Of a DNA stretch of 64,000 bases, positions 9,750 through 19,254 are shown in pieces. Source of the DNA: Spirochaetia bacterium. GTDB taxonomy: Bacteria; Spirochaetota; Spirochaetia; CADAEX01. The notes under the pieces are model-generated. The model saw nothing but the letters and a program-made list of their open reading frames with translations. It was not told the origin of the DNA and did no database searches. The position numbers were made by a program, and so were the translations under genes. Within the stretch, counting starts at the first letter, position 1, and every line of letters starts with the position of its first letter. Location of the stretch: the NCBI GenBank assembly GCA_963662265.2, contig CAXXHA010000035.1:128001-192000 (forward strand), read 5' to 3'.

Positions 9750-11039
9750 TCAGTCTACACAGATCTGTATTTCATTACTGGAGAGTTTTTTTCCGAAAGC
9801 ATCTCCCGGAATTGTGAGTTTTACCATTTCTCCCGGCAGGAGGTTTTTTTTCTTTACTGTGTAAATATCCCTGTCACCTGATTTAACCGAAAGAACACTG
9901 TCTCTGAATACTGTATTTACTCTCATGAAGACATCAAAACCTTTGCCGCTTTCAGGAGTTTTAATTTTCTGCGGTACTGTATATGAAATTCCATTTCCGT
10001 TTATTATGTTAATAACGGGGGTTGCGAATACTTTGTCATTCCCCTGTGTCTCTGTTTCTTCCTTTCTCTTTTTGTCCAGTGCTTTAATCCCTGCATGAAA
10101 GCCTGCCTTTCTGCTTTCCTCTGTGACAAAATCTACAAGGTCATGAACATGGACAACATTTCCGCATGCGAATATTCCGCTTACAGATGTCTCCATTTGT
10201 TCATTGACAACAAGACCTCCAGTCCTCTGGTCAATTTCTATGCCTGCTTCTCTTGAAAGTTCATTTTCCGGTATGAGGCCGACAGAAAGAAGAAGAGTGT
10301 CGCAGTCAAACTCGATTTCTGTCCCTTGAACCGGTTTTCTGTTTTTATCAACTCTTGATACTGTTATTTTCTCGATTTTCTCTTTCCCGTGAATGTTTGT
10401 AACTGTGTGTCCCAGGAAAAGCGGAATTCCGTAATGATCCAGGCACTGTACAATATTTCTTGAAAGACCATTGGAATAAGGCATTACTTCAACAACCCCT
10501 TTTACATCCGCTCCTTCAAGGGCAAGCCGCCTGGCCATGATAAGACCGATATCGCCTGAACCGAGTATGAAAACTTTTTTACCCACCATATACCCTTCAA
10601 TGTTTATAAACCGCTGGGCTGTTCCTGCTGTAAATATCCCTGCAGGTCTTGCGCCGGGTATGGCAATGGCTCCCCGTGTTCTCTCCCTGCAGCCCATTGC
10701 GAGAATTATCGATTTTCCGTGAACAGTCTGCATCCCGGTACTGCTTCCCAGGACTAAAACACTCTTTGATTCAGTTATTTTAAGCACCATTGTATCAAGC
10801 ATGAATTCAATGCCGGCTTCCTCTGCCATGTTTATGAACCTCTGGGCATATTCAGGTCCTGTAAGTTCCTCTTTAAATACATGAAGACCGAACCCGTTAT
10901 GAATACACTGCTGAAGAATTCCTCCCGGTTCAACATCTCTTTCTATAATCAATATTTTTGTACAGCCTGTTTTTTTTGCTTCTATCGCTGCAGCAAGTCC
11001 TGCAGGTCCCCCTCCGATTACAATCACCTCATAAGTCAT
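9750..11039 (-). CDS. FAD/NAD(P)-dependent oxidoreductase, second copy of the GlpB-like subunit
   Basis: GGGPAG, GGILQQCIHNGFG, LAMGCRER, GSGDIG and CGNVVHVHDLVDFV motifs; clear paralog of 11598-12866. Confidence 0.9.
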   Translation of the reverse strand: MTYEVIVIGGGPAGLAAAIEAKKTGCTKILIIERDVEPGGILQQCIHNGFGLHVFKEELTGPEYAQRFINMAEEAGIEFMLDTMVLKITESKSVLVLGSSTGMQTVHGKSIILAMGCRERTRGAIAIPGARPAGIFTAGTAQRFINIEGYMVGKKVFILGSGDIGLIMARRLALEGADVKGVVEVMPYSNGLSRNIVQCLDHYGIPLFLGHTVTNIHGKEKIEKITVSRVDKNRKPVQGTEIEFDCDTLLLSVGLIPENELSREAGIEIDQRTGGLVVNEQMETSVSGIFACGNVVHVHDLVDFVTEESRKAGFHAGIKALDKKRKEETETQGNDKVFATPVINIINGNGISYTVPQKIKTPESGKGFDVFMRVNTVFRDSVLSVKSGDRDIYTVKKKNLLPGEMVKLTIPGDAFGKKLSSNEIQICVD

Positions 11040-11056
11040 TTTTTCCCCCTGTTAAT

Positions 11057-11120
11057 AAAAAAAGCCGGAGGGTCCTCTTCTGTTCTGAAGAAAACACCTC
11101 CGGCTCTCGTCTCTCCGCCG
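11057..11120 (-). promoter_or_regulatory. GlpP-type antitermination leader/terminator, copy B
   Basis: Minus strand reads CGGCGGAGAGACGAGAGCCGGAGG...CCTCCGGCTTTTTTT, the same motif-plus-terminator as four other copies. Confidence 0.8.
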
Positions 11121-11245
11121 GATATATCAATATTTATTTTGTTGTTTCATCCGGTATTCTTTTTTATACCGGTACTGTTTTGCTTATATTTAACAGTAGT
11201 TTTCTGTTGCAGATCTCTGATTCTGCATACCCAGCTGTATATATT

Positions 11246-11596
11246 TCACATGTTTCTTGTTACAACTACATTCACCCCTGTATCAAATACATTTTCAAGA
11301 ACCACATCTCCCATGGTGACAGGCGAAGTCACTTCAACCTTGTTGATCAGCTTCATGATTTCAAACTTATACTTTTCAGGTATAGCTTTGTCTGTTTTTA
11401 CCGGTACTACCTTATGGATGCCTCCCCTTATTTTTACAGTTGAGCAGATCATTCTTGTAGGATTTGTAAGTTCCTCTTTTGCGTATAGAATCCCTCTTTT
11501 GCACTTATTGCCGGTTATTACAGGTTCTTCGGGAGTTCCCTCGATTTTAAGCCTGCATCCCATGGGGCATACAATACAGATAAGCTCATTTTTCAT
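11246..11596 (-). CDS. DUF1667 family small CxxC/Fe-S subunit (GlpC-like partner)
   Basis: CIVCPMGC...GNKCKRG motifs; ATG 11596 follows RBS GAGGAGG. Confidence 0.9.
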   Translation of the reverse strand: MKNELICIVCPMGCRLKIEGTPEEPVITGNKCKRGILYAKEELTNPTRMICSTVKIRGGIHKVVPVKTDKAIPEKYKFEIMKLINKVEVTSPVTMGDVVLENVFDTGVNVVVTRNM

Positions 11597-11597
11597 T

Positions 11598-12866
11598 TCA
11601 GCCTTCCTCCTCAGACACAAGATTTATACTAATAACCCCTGTTGTATTTTCAAATGTCTCTTTTTTTACTGTTATTTTAATCATTTCTCCGGGGGTAAGA
11701 TGTCTCTCCTTGAATCTGGCAAGTTCCCGTCTGTTGTTTTCAAGAATAATCAATCTGTCGTTATAGACACGGTCGACTCTCATGAATATATCAAGCTTAT
11801 CAGGCAGGTTTGAATATCTGAATCTGTGCGGAACTGCATATGTGAGTCCTCCCGATGCTTTGAAGTATATATAATCCCCATCCCTTTTAAATTTTCCTTT
11901 AACATAGCTTGAAGCGTTTTTTCCGGCCCTTCTGCTTTCTGCAGTTACGAAATCCACAAGATCATGGACATGGACAACATTGCCGCATGCAAAAATACCT
12001 TCAACAGATGTTTCCATGCTCTCGTTCACAACAGGTCCACCTGTTTTCCTGTCTAGTTCTATACCTGCCTGTTTTGAGAGTTCATTTTCAGGTATCAGCC
12101 CTACAGAAAGAAGAACTGTATCGCATTCATATTCTTTCTCAGTTCCCGGGATAACCTGTTTGCTCATGTCAGTCTCTGCAATTATTACGCTTTCAACCCT
12201 TTCCTTTCCTTTTATCTCAACAATGTTGTGGCTCAAGAGGAGGGGGATGTCGTAGTGGTCAAGGCACTGAACAACATTTCTCGTTAGTCCCTTTGGAAAT
12301 GAGCTTCGCGCAACAACAGCTTTTACCTCACCTCCTTCGAGAACAATCCGTCTCGCCATGATCATCCCGATATCTCCTGATCCCAGTATTACCACCTTTT
12401 TCCCGACCATATAGCCTTCAATATTTATATACCGCTGTGCAGTCCCTGCTGTAAAAACACCTGCCGGTCTTTCCCCCGGGATTGATATAGCCCCTCTTGT
12501 CCTCTCCCTGCATCCCATGGCAAGAACAATTGATTCAGCGCTTATTTCTTTTTTACCGTGAGTATTCATTACCACAATCTCTTTACTGCTGTTTATTGAA
12601 GTAACTATTGTGTCGAGGAGTATTTCGATTTCATCATTAGTCGCCATGTTGATGAATTTCTGTGCATATTCAGGCCCTGTAAGTTCCTCCCTGAATTCGA
12701 ATAATCCGAAACCGTTATGGATACACTGCTGGAGAATTCCCCCCGGCTCTATATCCCTTTCAATGATGAGCACTCTGTCAATGCCGCTTCCTTTTGCTTC
12801 TATTGCAGCAGCAAGTCCTGCCGGACCTCCGCCGATTACAACAATATCGTATTTTTCTTTTTTCAT
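11598..12866 (-). CDS. FAD/NAD(P)-dependent oxidoreductase (GlpB-like subunit)
   Basis: GGGPAG, QCIHNGFG, GCRER and GSGDIG motifs; lies between the glpA-like and DUF1667 genes. Confidence 0.9.
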   Translation of the reverse strand: MKKEKYDIVVIGGGPAGLAAAIEAKGSGIDRVLIIERDIEPGGILQQCIHNGFGLFEFREELTGPEYAQKFINMATNDEIEILLDTIVTSINSSKEIVVMNTHGKKEISAESIVLAMGCRERTRGAISIPGERPAGVFTAGTAQRYINIEGYMVGKKVVILGSGDIGMIMARRIVLEGGEVKAVVARSSFPKGLTRNVVQCLDHYDIPLLLSHNIVEIKGKERVESVIIAETDMSKQVIPGTEKEYECDTVLLSVGLIPENELSKQAGIELDRKTGGPVVNESMETSVEGIFACGNVVHVHDLVDFVTAESRRAGKNASSYVKGKFKRDGDYIYFKASGGLTYAVPHRFRYSNLPDKLDIFMRVDRVYNDRLIILENNRRELARFKERHLTPGEMIKITVKKETFENTTGVISINLVSEEEG

Positions 12867-12882
12867 GGCAAACGCCTCTCTG

Positions 12883-14310
12883 CTATTTTGTCTTTCCGGT
12901 CAGTATATAGGAATTCTTCTTCTCGAGAACAATTTCCTCCCGCGGTGTGTTAAGCTCTCTTGCGAGTATTTCCTGAACTTTCGGGCCGCAGAATCCACCC
13001 TGGCATCTTCCCATGCCTGGACGGCACCTCCGTTTTACTCCATCAAGTGTTTTTGCTCCAACCGGCCTGTGTATTGCATCAAGTATATCCCCTTCTGTGA
13101 TATTTTCACATCTGCAAATTATCCTGCCGTATAAGGGATTCTCTTTAAGAAGTTTTTTCTGTTCAGATTCGCTCCTCTCAAGAAAGAGTTTTCTTTCAAT
13201 ATTCGGATTGAAATCCTTCTTCTTTTTCATTGCCAGTCCCGCTTCTTCGAGAAGTTCAAGCACATAACGGGCTATTGCAGGGGCTGCTGTCAGGCCGGGA
13301 GACTTGATTCCCGCTACATCGAAGAAATTCTCAGTACCGGGAGCTTTTTTTATGATAAAATCTCCTGTATCCGGTTCTGCCCTCATTCCGGCAAAAGTCC
13401 TTATGCTGTTTCTTGTTGTTATTTCCGGGATCAGTTTCTTTGCCCCGCTGCTTGCCTTATCGAGCAGTTCTGAAGTTGTTGAAACATCTTCTGGATCTTC
13501 GAGATCGTCTGAAGAAGGGCCGAGTATCAGGTTCCCGTGAACAGTCGGTGTCACAAGTGTTCCTTTTCCCATTTTATCAGGGCACGGGAAAATAACTGAA
13601 TTAACCATACACCCTTCACATTTATCAAGCAGGAAGTACTGTCCCCTTCTGGGCTTTATTTTGAAATCCTCTTCTGCCGCCATATTGTGTATTTTGTCTG
13701 CAAATACGCCGGCAGCATTTACAACATATTCAGCTTCAACAGAATCTGAATAGCTTTTTATTATGTAATGAGTATCTTTTTTTTCGATTGACGATACACT
13801 GAAGTTGAGCTTGAGTTCACATCCGTTCATTACAGCGTTTTCAATCAGGGAAATTGTCAGGAGCATCGGATCAATTATTCCTGCTGTTTCAGCGAGCAGG
13901 GCCCCTTTTGCTTCCGGGTTTATATGGGGTTCCCTTTTTTTCAGTTCCCCGGCAGAGAGAATTTTCATTCCCTTTATTTTATTGTTTAGACCTCTCTGAT
14001 AGAGTTTTTTAATATGATCAATCTGTTCATCGTCATATGCAACTACGAGAGAACCTATTCTTTTAAACGGTACATCAAGTTCACTGCAGAGCCTGTCAAA
14101 CATGGGATTCCCCTCGGAATTGAATCTGGCCATCAGGGTGTTTTCTTCCGGATCATACCCGGCATGAATTATTGCGGAATTAGCTTTTGATGTTCCACAT
14201 GAAACATCATTTTCCTTGTCTATAACTATTACCTTGAGATTGAACCGGGAAAGATCTCTTGCAATTGCTGCTCCTGTGACTCCTGCTCCTATGATTGCAA
14301 CATCATACAT
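12883..14310 (-). CDS. FAD-dependent glycerol-3-phosphate dehydrogenase GlpA/LhgO-like protein with C-terminal BFD-like [2Fe-2S] domain
   Basis: GAGVTG, TSKANSAIIHAG, SPGLTAAPA, ICRCE and GMGRCQGGFC motifs; glpP is nearby. Confidence 0.85.
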   Translation of the reverse strand: MYDVAIIGAGVTGAAIARDLSRFNLKVIVIDKENDVSCGTSKANSAIIHAGYDPEENTLMARFNSEGNPMFDRLCSELDVPFKRIGSLVVAYDDEQIDHIKKLYQRGLNNKIKGMKILSAGELKKREPHINPEAKGALLAETAGIIDPMLLTISLIENAVMNGCELKLNFSVSSIEKKDTHYIIKSYSDSVEAEYVVNAAGVFADKIHNMAAEEDFKIKPRRGQYFLLDKCEGCMVNSVIFPCPDKMGKGTLVTPTVHGNLILGPSSDDLEDPEDVSTTSELLDKASSGAKKLIPEITTRNSIRTFAGMRAEPDTGDFIIKKAPGTENFFDVAGIKSPGLTAAPAIARYVLELLEEAGLAMKKKKDFNPNIERKLFLERSESEQKKLLKENPLYGRIICRCENITEGDILDAIHRPVGAKTLDGVKRRCRPGMGRCQGGFCGPKVQEILARELNTPREEIVLEKKNSYILTGKTK

Positions 14311-14387
14311 ATAATATCCTCCAGAAAGGTATGCCGGATTACGGCACTATAAAATAACTTTAAACCAATTGATAAATCAAAAAAAGC

Positions 14388-14454
14388 AAAAAAAAGCCAG
14401 ATAAAAAGACACCTGTCCCGGTATCGTTTTATCTGGCTCTCTTTTCTCCAGCCA
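14388..14454 (-). promoter_or_regulatory. GlpP-type antitermination leader/terminator, copy A
   Basis: Minus strand reads TGGCTGGAGAAAAGAGAGCCAGATAAAA...TTTTATCTGGCTTTTTTTT, between a consensus promoter and the glpA-like gene. Confidence 0.85.
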
Positions 14455-14477
14455 TGAAAACTATCATGATTTGATTT

Positions 14478-14506
14478 ATTATATTATACCTGTTTATTCT
14501 TGTCAA
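14478..14506 (-). promoter_or_regulatory. Consensus sigma70 promoter of the glpA-like operon
   Basis: Perfect TTGACA-N17-TATAAT on the minus strand. Confidence 0.85.
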
Positions 14507-14570
14507 ATATATGTTACTATTAGCTTTAAACTACTAATTTTGATTTGATCCGGGGATATTTGTTCTGACT

Positions 14571-15713
14571 ATGATAATAAACATACTGAAATGGACAGGT
14601 TTTATTTATGCTTTGCTGCTGCTTGCAAGCCATGTTGCTGTACTTGCAGGTCTTGCTGTTGTGTTTCGAAAAGAGAATAAAGTAAAGCGATTAAAAAAAG
14701 ACACAGTCAAACACAGTGTTTCTGTAGTAATACCTGCACGTGATGAAGAGGCTAATCTGCCCAGGCTGTTCGCATCTCTCGAAAAACAGACATACAGCGA
14801 TTTTGAAATTGTGCTTGTAGATGACAGGTCGGAAGATGATACATATAAGGTAATGAAAAAATTCCAGTCGATACATCCTGACAGGGTGAAAATTATCAGG
14901 AATGAAAAGACTTTCTACAAAAAAAATCCAAAACAGATGGTTCTTGATATCGGAGCAAAAAATGCTTCAGGTGATATTCTCCTTTTTACAGATGCAGACT
15001 GCCGTGTTCCGGAAACATGGGTCGAGAGTATGTCGCATCCTTATAATGACGAGAAGACAGGGCTTGTATTCGGATCTGTGACAACAGGAGGAGGAAAAGG
15101 TCTTCTTGCTAATTTTCAGCGTTTTGATCACCTTCTGAGGTACCATTATACAGCAGCCTGTGCCGGTCTTAAAAATCCGACCGGGGGCTTCGGGAATAAT
15201 CTTTCGATCAGGGCAAAGGCTTTGTCTGATATCGGGGGATTTTCTGATATTGAATTCAGCGTTACTGAAGATGCCCAGCTTATTGCACGTGTCCGTGATA
15301 CAGGTAAATGGGTTATTGAAGCCAGATCTTCCTGGGATTCTACAGTGTTTACAACACCTGTAACTTCGTGGAAAGAGCTCTCTGTCCAGGAGCTCCGCTG
15401 GAGTACAGGTGCAGTGCATGCTCCTGACTGGAAAGCTTTTGCCGGATATGGTTTTGTAATGTACCAGCTTGCAACTGGTGTTTTTGCATTTATTCCCGCA
15501 CTTCTCAATCCCTTTTATTTCCACTTTCTTCTTTCAGGAATTTTAAGCATGCTTGTTGTTTCAACAGCAGTAGGGATACACCTGGGTATGGACAGGAAAT
15601 TCTGGTTTTATCTTGTGCCATCCCTTATAGTTGCAGAATTCCTGTTTCCAACTATTGTTCTCCTTGCAACATTCAAGCCTGTGATAATCTGGAAAGGGGA
15701 GAAGGTCTGCTAG
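14571..15713 (+). CDS. Glycosyltransferase family 2, membrane-anchored
   Basis: VVIPARDEE, VDDRSED, TDAD, TED and QELRW (QxxRW) motifs with flanking TM segments. Confidence 0.92.
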   Translation: MIINILKWTGFIYALLLLASHVAVLAGLAVVFRKENKVKRLKKDTVKHSVSVVIPARDEEANLPRLFASLEKQTYSDFEIVLVDDRSEDDTYKVMKKFQSIHPDRVKIIRNEKTFYKKNPKQMVLDIGAKNASGDILLFTDADCRVPETWVESMSHPYNDEKTGLVFGSVTTGGGKGLLANFQRFDHLLRYHYTAACAGLKNPTGGFGNNLSIRAKALSDIGGFSDIEFSVTEDAQLIARVRDTGKWVIEARSSWDSTVFTTPVTSWKELSVQELRWSTGAVHAPDWKAFAGYGFVMYQLATGVFAFIPALLNPFYFHFLLSGILSMLVVSTAVGIHLGMDRKFWFYLVPSLIVAEFLFPTIVLLATFKPVIIWKGEKVC

Positions 15714-15831
15714 TTTGAGAACCGGAAGGCCTTTTTTCTTATAAAAGAAAAATCCGGATAGAATCTGTTCTCTTGATTCCTGTGTGAATGTGCTTGTAAA
15801 AATGCTATAATTAAGTTGTTGGAGATTCTTT

Positions 15832-16464
15832 ATGAAAATTATTGATTTGACTCATCCGTTATCTTCAGATATGCCTGTCTATCCAGGCACAGACCAGCCT
15901 CAGTTTAATTCCGGATGTACTTTTGAAAAAGACGGTTTCAGGGAAAAAGAGATAACAATGTTTTCTCATACCGGGACCCATATAGATGCTCCTGCCCACA
16001 TGCTTGAAAAGGGAAAGACCCTGGATAAATTCGGTACTGATAAATTTATTGGAAAAGGTTTTCTGCTTGACTGCCGGGGCAAGCCTGAAATTGATATTAA
16101 TCTGATTAAGGAACATGAAAAAAACATAAGGAAGGCAGATTTTCTTATCATAAATACAGGATGGAGCAGTTACTGGGGAATGGATAAATATTTTTCTGGA
16201 TTTCCTGTCCTGACACAAAAAGCTGCAAAGCTTGTTGCTGACTGCAGTCTTAAGGGATTTGGCTTTGATGCTATTTCTGCTGACCCGGTATCAACAGAAA
16301 GCTATGAAATACATAAAATACTGATGGCTCGGGAGATGATTCTGATAGAGAACCTTTGCAATCTTGACAGTATTAAGCATGAAAAATTTGTTTTTTCCTG
16401 TTTCCCCCTCAATATACAGGATGCTGACGGATCTCCTGTAAGGGCGGTTGCTCTTGCGGAATAA
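15832..16464 (+). CDS. Cyclase family metal-dependent hydrolase (kynurenine formamidase-like)
   Basis: HTGTHIDAPAH, ENL and DGSPVRAVA motifs. Confidence 0.92.
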   Translation: MKIIDLTHPLSSDMPVYPGTDQPQFNSGCTFEKDGFREKEITMFSHTGTHIDAPAHMLEKGKTLDKFGTDKFIGKGFLLDCRGKPEIDINLIKEHEKNIRKADFLIINTGWSSYWGMDKYFSGFPVLTQKAAKLVADCSLKGFGFDAISADPVSTESYEIHKILMAREMILIENLCNLDSIKHEKFVFSCFPLNIQDADGSPVRAVALAE

Positions 16465-16582
16465 GCAAAACAGGATATTGATTGTTTCATGATTATATAT
16501 GGAACTCCTTTTTAAACTGCTTTTTTTTAATGAAAAAGTATAAAAAACCGCTTGTAATATAAAAAGTAAATGGTTCAGTTTA

Positions 16583-17149
16583 TTACATATACCATGTGTC
16601 GTATCGTGTTGTTGAAACGCTGCAGGCGCCGGCGTTGAGTGCTGCCATTATATCTTCCCTGTCTGTTATAAGCCCTCCCGCTATTACAGGAGTTGAAGTT
16701 GAATCTGAAAACTGCTTTATAACTTTAGGCATCAGTCCCGGAAGTATTTCAATCGCATCCGGTTTGTAATCTTTAATAGCCTTGAAGCCGGATTCTATGG
16801 AAAGTGAATCAAGAATGAAAAATCTCTGAACTACAAAAATATTCCTTTCCCTTGCTGCTTTTACCAGTGTTGTCTTTGTTGTTATAATGCCGTCAGTGTT
16901 AGTTGCATCTGCAAGATAATCAAGTGCGTGTACAGATCTTGCAAGTCCATCAACAAGGTCAAAATGGACAAAAGCAAGCTTCCCGGAATCTTTAATTTTT
17001 TTTACCATATCCGGAATTGTTGTTATTGTGGAAGTCAGTATAAATATTATTTCATTATCTGTATTGACCGCCTCTTTGATATCTTCTTCTGTTTTTACAG
17101 CAGGTATAATAGGATTGTTTCTGAATATTTCTATAAATTTTCTGTTCAT
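16583..17149 (-). CDS. glpP: Glycerol-3-phosphate-responsive antiterminator
   Basis: PIIPAV, VHFDLVDGL, DGIITTK, QRFFILDS, EILPG, IAGGLI and VSTT motifs. Confidence 0.93.
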   Translation of the reverse strand: MNRKFIEIFRNNPIIPAVKTEEDIKEAVNTDNEIIFILTSTITTIPDMVKKIKDSGKLAFVHFDLVDGLARSVHALDYLADATNTDGIITTKTTLVKAARERNIFVVQRFFILDSLSIESGFKAIKDYKPDAIEILPGLMPKVIKQFSDSTSTPVIAGGLITDREDIMAALNAGACSVSTTRYDTWYM

Positions 17150-17155
17150 ATTTTA

Positions 17156-17183
17156 ATATTATTTATTATGAAAATGATGTCAA
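17156..17183 (-). promoter_or_regulatory. Putative sigma70 promoter of glpP (leaderless)
   Basis: TTGACA-N16-TAATAT with 6 nt before the ATG; no Shine-Dalgarno. Confidence 0.55.
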
Positions 17184-17227
17184 ACCTTTAGTTGCTGAAA
17201 TAACGATAAAAAATAATCAAAAAACAT

Positions 17228-17257
17228 TTGACAGATCAGAAAGGCGCATGTTTAAAT
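17228..17257 (+). promoter_or_regulatory. Putative sigma70 promoter of the ABC transporter operon
   Basis: TTGACA at 17228-17233 and an imperfect extended -10 (TG-T-TTAAAT), just upstream of leader copy C. Confidence 0.5.
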
Positions 17258-17271
17258 ATTATAGCAATACG

Positions 17272-17340
17272 AGGCAGAGAGTAAGAGAGCCGTAGAGTAT
17301 GTCAGATAGGGATATCTGTATATTCTACGGCTCTTTTTTT
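17272..17340 (+). promoter_or_regulatory. GlpP-type antitermination leader/terminator, copy C
   Basis: AGGCAGAGAGTAAGAGAGCCGTAGAGTAT...ATATTCTACGGCTCTTTTTTT. Confidence 0.85.
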
Positions 17341-17461
17341 GATAAATATTTGTTGAGTTTTTAGAGTTTTAATGAAAAATTAAAAAATTCTTACGATAAC
17401 TTAATTTGGGTATATAATGTATTTATGTAAAAATACATTTACAAATCAAAAGGGGGATTTA

Positions 17462-18550
17462 ATGAAACGGTTATTTTTAATTGTTATGTGTCTCTTCATT
17501 CTTGCTTCCGGTGTCTTTGCCGGCGGAAAAAAGGAAGCAGCTGAAGAAGAAAACAAAGTTCTCAGAGTTCTCTCATGGTCAGGTTATATTCTTCCTGAAC
17601 AGGCTGAGCAGTTTAAAGAGGAAACAGGAATCACACTTGAAATTACTCATTCAAGTAATGAGGAAATGATTTCTAAACTCAGAGCTACAAGAGGCGGCGG
17701 ATATGATCTTGCACAGCCTTCACAGGACAGAATCTCATCAATGGTTCAGCAGTACAAGCTGTATCAGCCTATTGATTATTCACAGATCAATGAAGATCAG
17801 ATTGAGCCAAGTATGCTTAAAGCTGTTAAGGCAAATACACTTGTAGACGGAAAGTCATATGCTGTTCCTCATGTATTCGGAACTTCAGGCCTTATTGTTA
17901 ACAGCGAAAAAGCTCCTGATGTTAAAGACTACAAAGATCTTCTTGATCCCAAATACAAGGGAAGAGTTGCATACAGAATGAAAAGACCTACAATTCTTGC
18001 CATGGGTTTTTCACTCGGTTATGATCCTTTTGCTCTTTTTAGTGACAAAGAAGCTTACCAGAAATACCTTGATGATGTAGAAGCAAAACTCATAGAAGGT
18101 AAAGAAGTAGTTAAAAACTACTGGGAAAACGGAGATGCTCTTCTTGAATCAATGAGATCAGGTGAAGTATGGGCAGCAATGGGCTGGGAACAGCAGGCAT
18201 GGAAACTCTATAAGGAAAATCCTGCAATTGACTATGTAGCTCCAGCAAGCGGTTCAATGCAGTGGATTGATACTTTTGCTCTTCCTGCAAAATCAGAAAA
18301 TGTTGCAGGTGCTTATAAACTTATAAACTTCCTTCTTGATCCTGAGCAGGCTGCTGCTTTTACAAATGCTGAAAACTATGGTACAGCATCAAAAGATGCA
18401 GCCAAGTACCTTTCTCCTGAAGCTGCAGCTAACTTTGACAGGTGTTTTACTCCGGAAGTTATGGCTAACATGAATAGTTATCCTCCTGTTCCTCCAGGAC
18501 TTGAAGAAATGGAAGGTAAAGCTATGGATAGAATCAGGGCTGCTAAATAA
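17462..18550 (+). CDS. ABC transporter substrate-binding protein, PotD/PotF family
   Basis: Signal peptide, SWSGYI, SSNEEM, GYDLAQPS and WIDT motifs; ATG 17462 follows RBS AGGGGG. Confidence 0.9.
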   Translation: MKRLFLIVMCLFILASGVFAGGKKEAAEEENKVLRVLSWSGYILPEQAEQFKEETGITLEITHSSNEEMISKLRATRGGGYDLAQPSQDRISSMVQQYKLYQPIDYSQINEDQIEPSMLKAVKANTLVDGKSYAVPHVFGTSGLIVNSEKAPDVKDYKDLLDPKYKGRVAYRMKRPTILAMGFSLGYDPFALFSDKEAYQKYLDDVEAKLIEGKEVVKNYWENGDALLESMRSGEVWAAMGWEQQAWKLYKENPAIDYVAPASGSMQWIDTFALPAKSENVAGAYKLINFLLDPEQAAAFTNAENYGTASKDAAKYLSPEAAANFDRCFTPEVMANMNSYPPVPPGLEEMEGKAMDRIRAAK

Positions 18551-18603
18551 GTAAAAAACTTTTCTGACATAGTGCAGGGCATCTGCACCATATCAACTTA
18601 ATA

Positions 18604-18676
18604 AGGCAGAGAATATGAGAGCCGGATATTGAGGATGCTGAGTTTGTTTCAGGCACCCCTGTGTCCGGTTTTTTTT
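18604..18676 (+). promoter_or_regulatory. GlpP-type antitermination leader/terminator, copy D (intercistronic)
   Basis: AGGCAGAGAATATGAGAGCCGGATAT...GTGTCCGGTTTTTTTT. Confidence 0.8.
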
Positions 18677-19254
18677 CTGTGTGCAGGGAATACTACATTG
18701 TGATTTTATTCGCTGTAAATTACAGATGTCTGTACCTGTTTTGCTGTTTTCAGGCAGTTTAATCTGTTAAAGATATCTGTTAAAGAAGCATTTAAATAAT
18801 GCTGTTTAAGATGAAGATTAAAAGTTATAATATTTAAGTAATAAAGCATTATTTTTATATATAATTTTAATCAGCAACACTGCTTCCGGCAGTAGACTGG
18901 TACAGCTGATCATAAGGTTTCTGTGCAGTATTATTGCATAAGCTTTATGAAAAAAGTACAGGGTTGCTGGTCTGTAGGGTGTGGATTTTCATGGCAGGTT
19001 TAATTCCATCTAACCTCTACAGGATAATAAGTTTCCAAAAGGTGCATAGTTCATATTTTGTGCATAGCGCCTTCTGGGCCGTAAACCTGCCGCGCGAATA
19101 AAAACGAAGGAATGGACAGCAGGGAAGTTTGTGATATTTCATTTCCTTATACGGCTTTTTAATGAGGGAAATATCCGGTTGATATTCTTACAGGGTAAAA
19201 ACTGCCAGCAGATCTTTACCTGTACTGTTCAATTTTGAATGAAGGTGGTAACAA

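Noticed and set aside
10881-11813. 310-aa plus-strand ORF and other overlapping ORFs in the track
   Set aside because: They are antisense or off-frame shadows of well-supported genes, with no recognisable motifs or RBS.
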